Shown: piece after piece, positions 1 to 13,239 of the stretch
Numbering within the stretch: the stretch's first letter is position 1
Layout: each line of letters starts with the position of its first letter
Source of the DNA: Phallusia mammillata
Taxonomy: Eukaryota
NCBI GenBank assembly: GCA_965637545.1
Contig: OZ281496.1
Coordinates: 6,696,001 to 6,760,000, forward strand
Direction of reading: 5' to 3'
DNA: 64,000 nt
Notes under the pieces: model-generated
Database searches by the model: none
What the model was told of the DNA's origin: nothing
The model's input: only the letters and a program-made list of their open reading frames with translations
Translations under genes and position numbers: made by a program

Positions 1-78
1 GTGGATAAGAGAGTGTGTTTAAAACTTAAAAAAGTTAGTCAAAATATAGGTGAATTTATTCATCATATTATTTTGTAG

Positions 79-3000
79 CACTGCAGACGACTGCAATACC
101 ACCACTCGGTACTTTCTCCAATCCTGCCCGTTCATGTGTTGAACTGAAAGATGCTGGGTTAAAAGATGGAATCTACGTCATAAAACCGTCACTAAAATCG
201 TTTGAGGTAGATACCTTTTATACATTTAAAAAAATGTTTTTCAGATATACTAACTCTTAAAATATCTTATATCTTCTTGGTTTTACACCAGTGATACGCA
301 ACAAACAGTTCAGTAATTGTTTTTTACTTTGCATTAGGTTAATTTTTGTCGTTTATTTTAGCGGTTCAAGGGTAAAAAGTGTTCTGTAAAACACGGTCAT
401 TTGTGTTTGAAAGCAGATTAAGTGTCTACAACCATTTCCATTTTAATTCCCATTTACAAAAAAATGATCTGGAAAGCACTTGTTCGTAGGTTTATTGCGA
501 CATGAAAGCTGCTGGTGGTGGATGGATTCTAGCAGCAACTATTAACGACAATCTCAATATAAGAGAAACTTATGATGATTTGTGGTTTCTTACGACAAAC
601 ACTAACCAAACTTCTTTGGGTAAACTATGTAACATTAATTACACCGAAAATATATACTTATTTTTTTATTTACGATTTAAGGCTACCAAAACTGGATGAA
701 CACAAATACGTTTGGATCACTTGAAACTTGCACAAGTTCAGACTTTAAAAGTCAAGCTTATTATGAATATCAGGCAAATAACGTGTGACGTAAAAATATG
801 CTTTAAATACAACAAGGAAAACTTTCTAGGGCAAAGACATTATGTTGCGCCATGTTCCAAACCAAACACCACTGAATTTTAGCAGAGAGCAGAGTTTTCT
901 GCAATACCAAACTGCAAACGGATTTATGGAAAATTATGGAGGAAATTTGCAAAAAATATACAATCACCATTACCCACTGAAGCCAGCGAATGGTATTGCT
1001 TTTTTGTTTGACGGTTCTAATAAAAAACATTGCTGATGCTACAAGTTGCTGTATTTGGGCATGCATTAAATACCACCACTGCTACTGAAAGAACCGACCT
1101 GTTATAAATTAGCTAAAGTTTAGTTTAAAACCAAAATATATCGTTTTTTCATTGTTTGTAATTTCAGCTTTTTACCCTGATGTGAATTCAATCCTGGATG
1201 GGCTTGCTGCAAAATCAACAGAAATCACAAATTTAATTTCTGATTTCTATTTTTACGACTACGGTTCAAGCGCTAATCGGCTCCATGATAATAATTTGTT
1301 TGGGGAAAATTACGGAATGGAGGTACGTGATCTAAGTTTCACATTGTCGTTCGAATTTAAACGATAATTGATTATTTAGATCTCATTCTACACATTTCAA
1401 TATTGCTATTTCAAGTATGGATCTTGTCAGACCCGCCCGTTAACCTACGGATTGGATTACAAGTAAGTCAAATTTGTCAAGTCTACTTTTCGATGTGAGA
1501 TTTACGTTTTTATTAAGATGCGACCTTGGCAACATTATGCAGTCCAGCAGAAAAATACATCCATTCGTTGCTTTGTTTGCTGTGGGAAATTTTGGTCAGT
1601 GCCCCGGTTCCATAAGAATTTACGTAAGCGCAAATTGCGTGATGACCTTGTTGCATTTTAAATGGGTCCTTGATTTTTCAGGTGGACGGCCGTCGACCGG
1701 TAACGGATTCAAACGTTCTGTACAAAGGCAATCACACTCTCAACAGTTTCTTTTTACATTATGAAGCGGGATGTAAATATGGCGTGACGAATGCCAGCTT
1801 GTGTGATGTTTTGTTTTATACCATCAATGTTAAGGTAAATAGTGTTGGTCTGCTATTACTGCGCATAGATATAATTACTTCACAAATGTTGTTTTGAACT
1901 TCCTGTCTGCTAAAGCAGTGCTGGTAAAATATAAGCGATTGAAATATTAAAAAAATTAAAAAAATGTTGTCCATTTTGGCCATGGCTCTAAGTAGTTTTT
2001 GTGTAAGTTTCTGATGTATGTTGTAGTGATTTATCATCATTTTTTTCCAAATTATTTAACAAAAGTCAGTCCGAAATATTTGGCAAAATGTTTGCCTGTA
2101 GAATAAAAGTAGAAAAAACTTGAATAAAATGAATAATTTATATTTATTTATTTCTGAAAACAAAACTGTGCATTAGAATAAGATTGACAGTAACAATTTT
2201 GTTGACAATATCCTTCTGCTATCACACAGGATTGGAAATCATCCGGAATTCCCGAAATTAGTTTAAGCAACTATCAATACAGTACATACTATGATTTTGA
2301 TTGGAGAATTTACAGCGCTGTATCCAACACGCTTTTTGGTTACACATTGATTTCGAGGTAAACTGTTGTTCAATGGTCTGTTGTTTAAACAAAACTTTTG
2401 GAAAATTGTTGATTAATTTTAATATTCAGAAAAGGTGGCGTTTTAATTCCTGAAGCAGAGATCAACAATGTTACTTACAAAATATTGGAAATAATTTCAG
2501 AAACAGACAACTTTTGTAAGTAAAAAATTATCAGTTTACACGTCAATCATTTATGCATGCTTAACTATTGAAAAGGTGAAAAACATTATTCGTTATGTAT
2601 ACTATTTTTTAAGCATTGTCGTCATCGGTGCACAGAGATTGTCGAAACGTCTGAACGATGTATTCTATATACACCAGTACCTTGGCAGTAATGTTTATGC
2701 TTAAATTACTTTTCAAGTCCGTGTATAGTGTTCCTAAGTAGACTATTTTTTTTCTTAATTGTGCTTAAGCTTTCCTATTACTTTAATCACTTTTGTTTTT
2801 GCTTAAGGCCCGGATTGCTTTTATGATGATGACGTACTTTCAGTACCAGTTCAATTTTCCATCGGAAACGATTCAGTGGTTAACTCGATGCTGCCACCAA
2901 GTGTAAAACCTCTACCGACCGGTTTTGTTCAGTTTCGTGCTTATGGAAGAACTGGGAGCATCTACGCAATGTGTCCTGCTGTAAAGTAAGACTGCTATGT

Positions 3001-3446
3001 ACAAAACAGTGGTTGTAGAGTACGTGTAGATATCACACCACCCTTTTGACTAAAATTAAATAAATATTCAAACATTGTTCAATTGACACTAAAGGGGGAT
3101 TATTGAATTTATAAATCTGTATAAGGTGGTACAAAAAAAGTTTAGGTAAGACTTATTTAGTGGGATGTACTTTTTAAAAGCTCCAATTTGTTTAGAGTGA
3201 ACGATTGGCGAAGCGAATTTGTTTGTGTTGGAGGAATGAAAAATCCAGATTCTCGATACTTGGACGATTGCAATGATTTTACAAGTAACTTTTCTGTTTC
3301 TTTTAAAGTTTTCTTTGAACTTATCTTTTATTCTCACTGTAGATTGGAATGGATTGCTGTTTACCATCTTGAACGAAACGACTCCAGTTGAATATTCTCA
3401 TTCACAAAGTGATTTAGATTCAACAATTATGATATTTTATCGTTAA
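79..3446 (+). CDS. Intelectin-like gene copy A, multi-exon, 5' exons lie before the window; reading frame intact
   Basis: Hand-spliced exons translate to PLGTFSNPARSCVELKDAGLKDGIYVI..FE|VYCDMKAAGGGWILAATI..|YQNWMNTNTFGSLETCTSSDFKSQAY|GKDIMLRHVPNQTP..LQYQTANGF..YPLK ... TGFVQFRAYGRTGSIYAMCPAVK|VNDWRSEFVCVGG..DDCNDFT|DWNG..DSTIMIFYR*. These match intelectin hallmarks (RSC, CDM-GGGW, NW-N-NTFG, GFVQFR, terminal FYR). All introns are GT-AG except one GC-AG (774), phases are consistent, and no stops were found. Confidence 0.92.
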
Positions 3447-4444
3447 CTTTTTATCCAAATCGACATCAATTTCGGATAATTACGGGGACTATACCACTTG
3501 ATATGAGGCTGTTTATTTCGCACGATTAATTAGATTGTTACATAAACAAAATCTATCACCCAATTATTTTGTAGGTTTGCTGTACTTGTGTATATAAAAT
3601 TTAACCTGGTTTGATCATATTCTGTTAGGTTTTAATAAGAATGAGTTGTACTGCAATCGTTTATATCGTTGTTATTTTTTACATCATCGTTGTTAAACAA
3701 ATTCAGACAGGCCAGTAAAAATAAATACCAATGCATTTTGGCTATGACACTATTATTATTATCCAGTGGTTTGGGGGTGAAACATCTACGAAACATGTTA
3801 TCGTAGTCTTATTATTTAATTGCAAACCAAATCGTCATGCACTTTGAGTTACTTAAGATCGGATAAGTTGCCAAAGGTGTTGCAGGAAACCGTGATTATA
3901 TACTTACCATCGCATCACGGCTGTTGACACAAATTTATTTTGTACTTCACCCTTGATCACTTTGTTGTTTTTTTAACCTAATTATTTTTTCAGATGAAAT
4001 AACTGTGTGTAAGGAGCTTATTTGTCTGCAAAACATCCGTTATAAATTACTCACTTACAACTTACAAATGCAATGTAAAGCTGCTACATTGGGCTTCGTG
4101 TAACTAGTTTAGTTCAGGTTTTAACAGTTAGTATAAAGTAGCTAAGTTCTAATATTAATACATTTCAACAGTTAAAATACTGTAGCTGAGTTTTAAATTT
4201 TATTTTTTTATCGATTTGAAACAGATGAAGACGAACGTGCTTCAACCAATTAAGTAACCTGCAGTTTATGGCATTTTAATCCGCAAAACAGTTTTCTGCC
4301 TTTTTCAAATACGTCTTGTCCAGTTTATTTAGCTTCAATGCTGCTTGTGCTTTTCGAATAGTGAAACCAATTATTTACGCGAAACTTATTTGTACCAAGC
4401 TTTCAATATCAATGTTTAACAATATGAGTATTGATAATGAATTA

Positions 4445-4856
4445 GAAGAACAGGAAGCGTTTACGAAATGTGTCCTGCTGTTAAGTAAGTCGCTCCAGGT
4501 TCATAAAACTGTACAAAAAATACAACAGTAAATATAAAAAAATTATTAAAGGTTTTAAAGTTACTGGGCTCTAATTAATGCCTAATTATACATCATCCGA
4601 ATTTAAGGTAAATGATTGGCGAAGGGAATTTGTGTGTGTTGAAGGAATGAAGAATCCAGATAATTCCTACTTGGATGACTGCAATAACTTTACAAGTACA
4701 AACAGTTTGTGTGCTCAAATATTTTTCTTCAAATATATTTTGTGTCAACCAGATTGGAACGGATTACCGAACAATGTAGTAAAGAAACTTACTCCAGTTG
4801 ATTATGCTCATTCTCAGAGAGACTTGGATTCGACAATTATGATATTTTATCGATAA
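4445..4856 (+). pseudogene. Orphan 3' fragment of an intelectin-like gene (end of the GFVQFR exon plus the last two exons)
   Basis: RTGSVYEMCPAVK|VNDWRREFVCVEGMKNPDNSYLDDCNNFT|DWNGLPNNVVKKLTPVDYAHSQRDLDSTIMIFYR*. No upstream exons. The acceptor before VNDW reads TTTAAG-GTA, one base short of the phase used in the paralogs. Confidence 0.85.
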
Positions 4857-5228
4857 AAGTGATAAGTTACAAACTGTAAAAAGGTTATGTCGCTTCATTG
4901 TTTTGGCTATCACTGTAAATGTAAACTGAACCGATTTAATTCTTTTTGATGTTATTAATGAATATGGATTAATATACTTTCCTGTATTCACTTACGCATA
5001 GCCGCCGAGTAGGCGTTGGCGCCGCCACCTTGGGTTTCTAAAGCACGGTGGCGGTCACCGTGGATCTTTTGGTTAGATTGTTGCGATATCGTACGAAATA
5101 TCGTCTAAAATTCCAAGAAAACTAAGAACGATTTTGTGTTTAAACTAGCGTGCTAGCGATTCAGCCACAAACCGTGGATTAAAACTGCAACCTCTTTTTT
5201 GGTTATTGTCTTGTTTATGACTTCAAAC

Positions 5229-5675
5229 TAGAGATTATTCGGCCGAATTGGCCACTTTTGCAAAGATTCGGTTTCAGTCGAATATTTTTTTGCGATTCGG
5301 TCGAAACCGACTCTTTTACGAACACACATTTAAAGCCTTAAACGGGTCTTTTCTGCTTAGTACCAACGAAAATCGCGTCGATCAATTTATATTTTGCTAC
5401 ATTTTAGCTTTTTCCCACTGCAGACAATTGAAAATCAGTGATTCATTGTCGGATTGGCAATCATGCTTGATACAATTTTAAACCCCACAGAACTAAAGTA
5501 AAAAGTGAAACACAACCATTCTGCACTAATTGCCTGGTAGATTATGTTTTCATGTGAAACGCGTAGGGTACGACTTCGCGTGACGTCATAAATGATTCGG
5601 TCGAATTCATTCGGCAAAACCGCCGAATATTCGGTTTCGGTCGAATTAAAATTTCACCGATTCGGTGCATCACTA
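5229..5675. mobile_element. hAT-type MITE
   Basis: Perfect 8-bp TSD CTTCAAAC at 5221-5228 and 5676-5683. Imperfect TIRs (TAGAGATTATTCG / TTCGGTGCATCACTA) and subterminal TTCGG/CCGAA repeats. Same TIR family as 51931-52358. Confidence 0.8.
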
Positions 5676-7047
5676 CTTCAAACACACTATTGTTCTCTAG
5701 TGAATGTATGTTCATTATTGTGTACAACAACAACTTGACGAAACAGTTTTAAACGTTGCTAATCCAGTGATAAACGTTACAGCAATGTGTTGCAATTGCC
5801 AACTAAATATTATTTCAAACATATCGATTTTTTTATTTTGACGAACGTTGCATTGTATGGGAAGTTTGTCGGACTTTGAGTTCTTGTGGGACGCATTAGC
5901 GACGTCACATAAATTGACGTCATATTTTATGTTCGCCATCTTGCATTTTTGTAAAACTCGGCATCAATTCACTTACCGATGCTTGTATTTGTGTTTTGTT
6001 TATCACATTATACGCCCATTTATTGATTTGAACATGTTTTGTAGCGAAAGATATATATTGTGTTCTGTTTAAAGAAATTCTGATGCAGGGAAAACGTTGG
6101 TGTTGCATCTTTAATTTTTTTCTATGATATCCGGCTAATTAAATCAAAATATTAAAATAAGTTCCATTCCTGTGTTTGTTTGGTAAAAATTATATGTCGT
6201 ACCATATCACTTACGTTGTCGTGGGCGTGTTATGCATTGGCAAAGTGAGCATTGAATAGATAAGCCAAATGTGACATATCTTTAAACAACCTAGGCCTGG
6301 CCATTATTACTTATCAAACATAAATATCAGGACAGTGTATTTTCGTAATAAACTTTTATTCTGTCTAAAAACTGTACAAAGTTAAACTGTCAAAAAGCTT
6401 TACTTTACATAGTACTGTCAGTGAAGATTCAACCGAATCATTTTGTAAAGTACTGTACTATGGTATATGCAAAGGGTGTACAACCTGTGGGTCGCTGAAT
6501 AATGATCGATCGGCATGCGAAGACGATTGAATTTTTCCCGTATGTATCTGTTGTAAGGCAATGAAGTCGTGCTTCTGATGATACAAACGCGTGTTGCGAA
6601 CATCGACACTTTATGGTAAAACGATTTAGGTTCCAAAACATCAAGTCGATTAGAACAGCAAATTTACTTTTTTTTATACTAAACAGTTACTCATTTGCGG
6701 ACCCATAAGTATTTACCAAACCTTAATGCGACCCTTTATTCTCTTAGTCACCTATTTAAATTTGAGACGATCAAATCTGCTAGTGGTTGCCAAGCACACG
6801 CGTTTAGATAGTAAGGACAATGCCCTTCCTCTCAAGTTGCACACCGCGGACAAATGCAATATGTCAACGATTAATCCGCAGTGCATATCGTAGTAGTATC
6901 AGCATGTTTTTAAATATGAAACTTTTAACTCAAGTATGAGTGCAAAAAGATAGCCCTTAAAGCGTAGCAATAAAGTTTTCCACACGTACTCGAATAGAAT
7001 TGTTTGATACGCGCGAACAGAATGAATGAATGGTAGATTTTGTATAG

Positions 7048-7140
7048 GGACACGTTGGAAAAGGAAATTGTTGCAAAGCTGACTGCCACATTGCAATGCC
7101 TGTTGAAGTCGTTAAGCTTGTACCTTCAGCGGACAATTAG
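7048..7140 (+). repeat. Decayed copy of the dispersed repeat associated with the zinc-finger arrays
   Basis: GGAAAAGGAAATTGTTGCAAAGCTGACTGCCACATTGC aligns with copies at 32894, 33310, 35039, 40880 and 50601. Downstream flank (to about 7420) aligns with about 41050-41570. Confidence 0.75.
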
Positions 7141-9320
7141 ACATTGCAAAAACCTAATTGCATAATGTTGTCCAGTTTTAATTGTTTGGTGTTGTAAACG
7201 TTATATTACGCCAAAGACTTCTTTTTAGGTAAGCAAGGAAGTTAATGTTTTAATAACATAACTTTAATTTTAATTCTAAGCTGAAATTAGCACCCAAAAA
7301 GACATTGGTGAGCGTACGGAATAGTTATCATAATGAAAGTTTGTGACCAACCATCTGAACAACATTACAGGCTTCTTCTGTTTTAGCTGATTGTAAATTG
7401 CATGCTTTATTTTGTTGCTGGTTGAGTCTGGCATTTTATTCAGTTTCAGCAAGCAACGTTTTTAGAATACGTTACACTGTGGCGACCTCTCTTGCATGTG
7501 TACAATCGTGTTTATCGAAGCGTGCGTTTTGCCTTTTTCTCGCATTGTCGTTGTTGCCTTATAAGCGCGTTTTTGTTGTTGCGCGTTCTTCTTTATTATC
7601 GAACTGCAATGAAATAAAGCATCCGCTTTAACACAACATTATTTTGAGCAGCAAATTGGCAGCTGAAGCTTACAGCACCAGCTTGTTGTTTGATACGTTA
7701 CTGCTTTCTTTGACGAATCCTGTGTTCTATAAACACAAAACGTAAAGTTTAATTTAAAAAAGAAACAAGGGGGAAGTAATTATTTTTGACCAGGTTTTAA
7801 TTTGTCATGTAGTTATGTGCAATGTCAGTTTGTTTTGTACACACGTATTAGTCTCTGATTGCAACAAAAATGGGACATCGAAACTTGGAATAGGTCTCGC
7901 GAGGCAAAAAAATGTAAGACACATAGGTCTAACACACAAATAAAAATTGACCAATTTATAGTCTGGTCCAGTAAAAGTGACCTGATCAACATTTTATCAC
8001 AATTGAACTTATATCCCCACCTCTTCGCGACTTTCGGCGTGTCATTTAAATCTGACTGTAAAAAAACGTAATTATTTTTTTAGAATCTATTAATCATCTG
8101 ATAGAGTTGGAAATTAAGACAGTTGCAAACAAGTGTCAACAAATTAAGATAATTACAAAAAAGTGCCAACAAATTGCTGTATTTCTATTGAAACTGTTTC
8201 TTTCAGTCTAAGCGGGAAGGCGTTGTATATTAAGTCCAAATTAACAGAATCAACAGGATAAACAATAAAAAAGAAAACTTACCGAATCTACCAGACCTTT
8301 GCCATGCACAATCATCAAATACGAAATTAAGAAAATCAGACAGATTTCTTTCTTCATTGTCGGTTGTCTTTACAAAAGTAAACTCAGCCTCAACTTTGCG
8401 ACCGTCCATCCAGAAATTTTGCTATAATACTTGTGCTTCTGCGTTTTAGCCACAAACCGGATGTTTTTAGTCTGCGATCTAACACTGTCTTTGATGGCGA
8501 AGTTGACATGAACAATTGTCTTCATAAAAATGTAAAATGATTTCTAAGAAATGTTTTGACATGAAAGGGCCAAAAACAAAATGTTTGCACATCTATTGTT
8601 TTTGCAAAAAAAAATCTTGTGTTTTTTTCTGCGTCGCTCTGTGGTGCGACATGTGCTGTATGAGCGTTAACACAGTCGGTTTAGTGTAGTGTTTTATGCG
8701 TTGATAGTATTACATCCATAAGACAACAATATTATCAATATAAATTTAAGTTTTATTTCAAACCCTGTTTGCTTAAACAAAAACGCACACGTTCTGTATT
8801 GGCCGAAACCCTTTGAAGTCGCTTACTGTCTATTATAAATAAACAGCATATATTACGAAAGCAATCGTTCCAACAAACATCGACCACCTTTGTGCAACTT
8901 GTCGAAAAATTACGCAGAGAAATTTGGATTAATGTTTTGAAAACTCGCAACTTGCCAAGTTTACAGATTTTCACTAGCGAACCATCAGTGGTTAAGTATT
9001 CTCAGTATGACATAGTTAATAGAAATCGTTTGGGCGCTGTGATCTGCAGTAAATCAATGTCCTGTTATGTTTCGTAATAACTTCATAAATCTAGTGATCT
9101 AAGTTTTTATTAAAACGTTTTAACGTGCGTTTTATTTTGCACGTCAAAGCAGCAGAGAGCAGCTTTTTGGCAATATCATACAGAAAACGAACTTATGAAA
9201 AAAAAAAAATTAATTTAAACCAGCTGAGACGTTCTGATTTTAGAGTATATCTGAATGATTTTGATCAACTGTTCCATGGTGCTCCTAAATTCCACTAAGA
9301 AATATTGATAATTTCAACAG

Positions 9321-10190
9321 TTATCTCTGCTTCCAAACAACGGAATATGTCGTCGAAGTCCACGGAAATCGCAAATTTAATTTCTGATTTCTATTTTTAA
9401 GATTGTGCTATTGACCCCTCCCGTTTGTATGACAGTGAGTTATTTGACGATGCTTGCGACATATCGGTAGATTTGTTGTATTACACGTGTAGTTGTGAAT
9501 GGAACAGTTCCTACACATGTTTCCTTGGAAACACGGCATGTTTATTATCCAACAGAGTACCAAATCAATTGTCCAAACAACCCAAGTATGTTGTGTGATG
9601 GATTTTGAATAAGTTTTTTCATTTTTATTATACCTTGTTTCTTTACCCATGTTCTCTTTATGTCTTTTTGGTGAGGAAAAGAACAGAGACCTAGGTAACA
9701 CAATTCACAATACTTTATTTTTTGCTCTGTTTGCCTAAAAACTTTGATTACTGCATTAGTTACTTTGATTTTATGATAAGTGAACACTGCGTTATTGCTT
9801 CTTTCAAAGATTTATGGGCCCAAATCTTACGCTAACGACGGAAATAAATGCGCAAGGTCAAAGCATCATGGAGCGTAAAAAGGAGAAGGATACAACTGTT
9901 GGCTCATAAATAAACGAAATATAGCTGTACCGCATTCATGACACATAATACTAGATAGTGTGAATGATTTTATAAAGATACGACAGAAACCAAAGATAAA
10001 GGGGCCATTTTAGTTCTTGCTTTAGAACTGATTGTACTTTGGTCCTGACGCGGATATAATTGCACCAGTGCAAGTCCGGTTTGTATTTTCCATCTGTAAT
10101 TTCTGCGGTAAAATGACATCACGCTCTAGCGAACGTTGACCTACCAAGGATATCTCTGTGCACACAATGGGGTAATTCCCAGTTCGTGCG
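9321..10190 (+). pseudogene. Highly diverged intelectin-like pseudogene fragments
   Basis: Exon 9321-9466 has a phase-1 acceptor and reads ..SSKSTEIANLISDFYF*DCAIDPSRLYDSELFDDACDIS|GT, colinear with AAKSTEITNLISDFYFYDY..GME of copy A; TAA at 9398-9400. 10027-10190 shows TDCT, APVQ..FSICN, LP..G..QF(R)A, resembling the PDC..VPVQFSIGN..LPP..GFVQFRA exon with frameshifts. Confidence 0.65.
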
Positions 10191-10899
10191 TCAGTGCATT
10201 GAATCTCGAATAATATCCATCAGAAAACAAACAAACTGGAAGAGGGTTATTGAATACCAGTATGTTTTTTACCGTGCAACTTTAAAATTCGCCAACACAA
10301 ATCAACTAGGATAGAAGTAACAATGTACAGGAAACACAAAAACATTTTGTTATGAGATGTTTGTGTTTCTTTATGGGCACAGCCGCTGTAATTGTTCGTC
10401 AAATGTTGCGTTGTTAAATTGGTAGTGAACAAGCAACGCTTCGCAGAAAAGTGGTTGCGAACACTAACTTTACACGTACAAATAGAAACAGACCACTTTG
10501 TTAATGCGCTATATAAAAACGTCTATTAATACGCTTTTTATCTGCTTTAGCAAATAGACAAAGCACACTTTTTGCACCCAATTAACCCAAGACATATGTG
10601 GTTTTCCGACTGCAAATAATTCTATTTATTTTTAGTTGTATCAACATCTTGATACCGACTGTTAGCTGATTTTCTATATAAAGGGCAATTGTACACCATC
10701 ACTGTTTTTATTTAGTCTCCTGTAATTGTAGATTTCTGATTTTTATGTGTTATTTATGCAATATTATTTTATGTTTTTTGAGATTTATTAGTTTATTTTC
10801 ATGGTTGAATTTTTTATTGACTTCCCATATTCTTTGTTCACATTTAACATTGTTTTTAATTATAATACTTTATTTTTTTGCACGAGCAACATTTTTTAA

Positions 10900-11125
10900 T
10901 GATACGTTCTCACATACCGCACGAATGCCTGCCTAGTCAATTACTGTCTCGCACTGATGATTTGGACGTCGACGTGTCGCGCGTGGACAATTGTAAGATC
11001 ATGTGACTTTTTGACTGTCTTGCTCCATTGTGGCACGAGAGTCAGTTCTCGCTTGGATCTCGTGGTGTTTGGAGTGTAGTTAATAAACGTGGTAGTGCTG
11101 TGTCCCGTTGTTTTGTGCTGGAAAC
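10900..11125 (+). mobile_element. Possible solo-LTR remnant
   Basis: GC-richer block with AATAAA, ending in ...GGAAACA. No TSD or left TG terminus could be fixed. Confidence 0.3.
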
Positions 11126-11476
11126 AGGGCTGCTCTAAAAAGCGACTTAACGCAAACTATAGTTTATACACAATCTACTCGTAAAACTAGTGAAGAAGAT
11201 GTTGACGGTTGAGCTATTGGGGTCAGGATGAGGGCTTCGTAATGCAAATAACTTTATAATTCAATCTCAGATACTCTTTTGCACCTAATTTTCTTGCAAG
11301 TGTAAACACGCGGTACCATACGGCGTTTAGTACCACCCTCACCACACATAAGAACATGAGGCCAAAAAGGGGTATATGAAATTCAATTACAGTGTTATTT
11401 TTAGTATAAACTCGCACCCAGACCCTAAAAGCCCTAACCGTAGATTGCGTAGATTGCGTGTTTTAGAGGAGTCTCT
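11126..11476. mobile_element. Possible MITE with imperfect TIRs
   Basis: Left GGGCTGCTCTAAAA versus right TTTTAGAGGAGTCTC, plus internal inverted CAATCTAC/GTAGATTG. TSD not resolved. Confidence 0.35.
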
Positions 11477-13239
11477 GGAAGTCGCACATCCGTAAGCCTA
11501 AGTTAGGAGCAGTGATCCCGCTATAATCTTGGATAGGTTTGCGTAAGCTTATATTATTTAGTAAAAGTTAACCACGTCACCTTTTCCAAAAATCACCGAC
11601 CAAATTCGAGATCACCTAACTGATTTCCGTTACAATTTAATTAATTTATAAGTAAACTGAGAGGTGAACAGTCAGTCCGTTATTGCTACTTAGGCAAGTC
11701 TAAATATTATATTTGAATAATTTGTGAGTATACAGAGAGACTTGTAAGTATACCTAAAATAATAATAATTTAGAAACAAATCTAGTGTTCTTTTGAGTGA
11801 TAAAAGAACACCAGGGCCTGTAGTCAGTGCACAATACCACTTTTTTCGTCTGGACATCGTGCAATATTTTTTACCTAAACTATGTTGGTAATAACCATTT
11901 TGGAAAACGTCACCCTTAATTTATTATTTAGAAATACACATCAATAAACAAAACGAGGTTTAAATCAATATTTATCGTTAGTGATAACGGGGCTTTAAAT
12001 ATCGCCATATTTACGTACAAAAAAACAACATGTAAAGCACTTTCTGTTTAGGCTACCATCTGGCAATACATTCGCTTTATTTGGTTTACCAGATAAGACA
12101 AAATGTAATTAAGGGAGAAAGGAAATTAACGGATGTATTATGTTGGCTGAACTGGAGAACGAAATTGTACTGAAATTTTATCAAAAGCAAACAGTATAAA
12201 GCGTGGAAAGGAATGTTAGATGTCATTGATGTACCTCGGCATAACTTGTTTTAATGACTGAAAATATATAGAGATGGATAGGACAATTGGTGAATCATGA
12301 TTGAACGCGTCTATATGTAGCACACTTGATATACAGCACTTTCGGTTTAGGCTGACACATGTCAGTAACCCGGTTTGTAGTAAGAGAAAGGAGAAAATGA
12401 ACTGCTGTGTAGTGTTGACTTTACCAGACAAAAAGGCATCATATTAAAACTAACACTAAAGCGCAGACAGTATGAAACAATAAATAGTGCAACTAAAAAC
12501 ACACTTAAAACCAATCATATAATGTGAACCTTGTTGGTATATTTTTACGTGTTGCAGATATCATATAAACATGAGTCATACTTATGAAATAGAACATTCC
12601 GAAGAGAACAAAACTATCGTGTTCAAAGAAGTACAAATTACACAAAATAACCCCAATACAATAAATGAAGGTAAAAAAGGTTCAGCAAAACAACGACATA
12701 CTCTGAAATACTGTATAGTCTGAAATATTTTTGTTTTTCAAAAACTAGAAAATCAAGAGACCTTCTTCAATGAGTACGCGGGATCGTCAACAAACGCACA
12801 TGAAGATCCTATCGAATCAACAAGACCAGTAGCTGATACCGAGCAAGGTGTCGGTAAGTTGTCCTTTTAAATATCACGTAGTGTATATTAGTCTGATATG
12901 TGCGTGTTTTTACGGGTGTGTATGTGTGTGAGCATCAATTTGATTAATTTCAACTGTTATATCCTGCATTGATTGTCCAAAGTTGTGTGTTTTATAGAAC
13001 CTGACAAAGGGCAACCGCCCTTTTTCTGAATCCTCAATTTCATAGACATGTGGTGTATCGTGTATTACAGAACCAAGGCGCAAATATCGAACGAGTTACT
13101 GTGATTGCATGAACGTTGTATTTCGTCATCGTCACTTTGTCCGTGCTCGACCTCGATTGTCATTTGTCGCCACTTCACACCTTTTACCATCTGTACAGTT
13201 ACGTCATCGCCACCTTTCTCACTATATATATTCACGTGT

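Noticed and set aside
4990-5065. GC-rich hairpin (CCGCCACC..GGTGGCGG) as a Helitron end or structured RNA
   Set aside because: No CTRR terminus or second copy found in the window.
8190-8250. NLDLIYNAFPLR on the minus strand resembling intelectin NLQKIYNHHYPLK
   Set aside because: Short match with no supporting flanking motifs or acceptor; probably chance.
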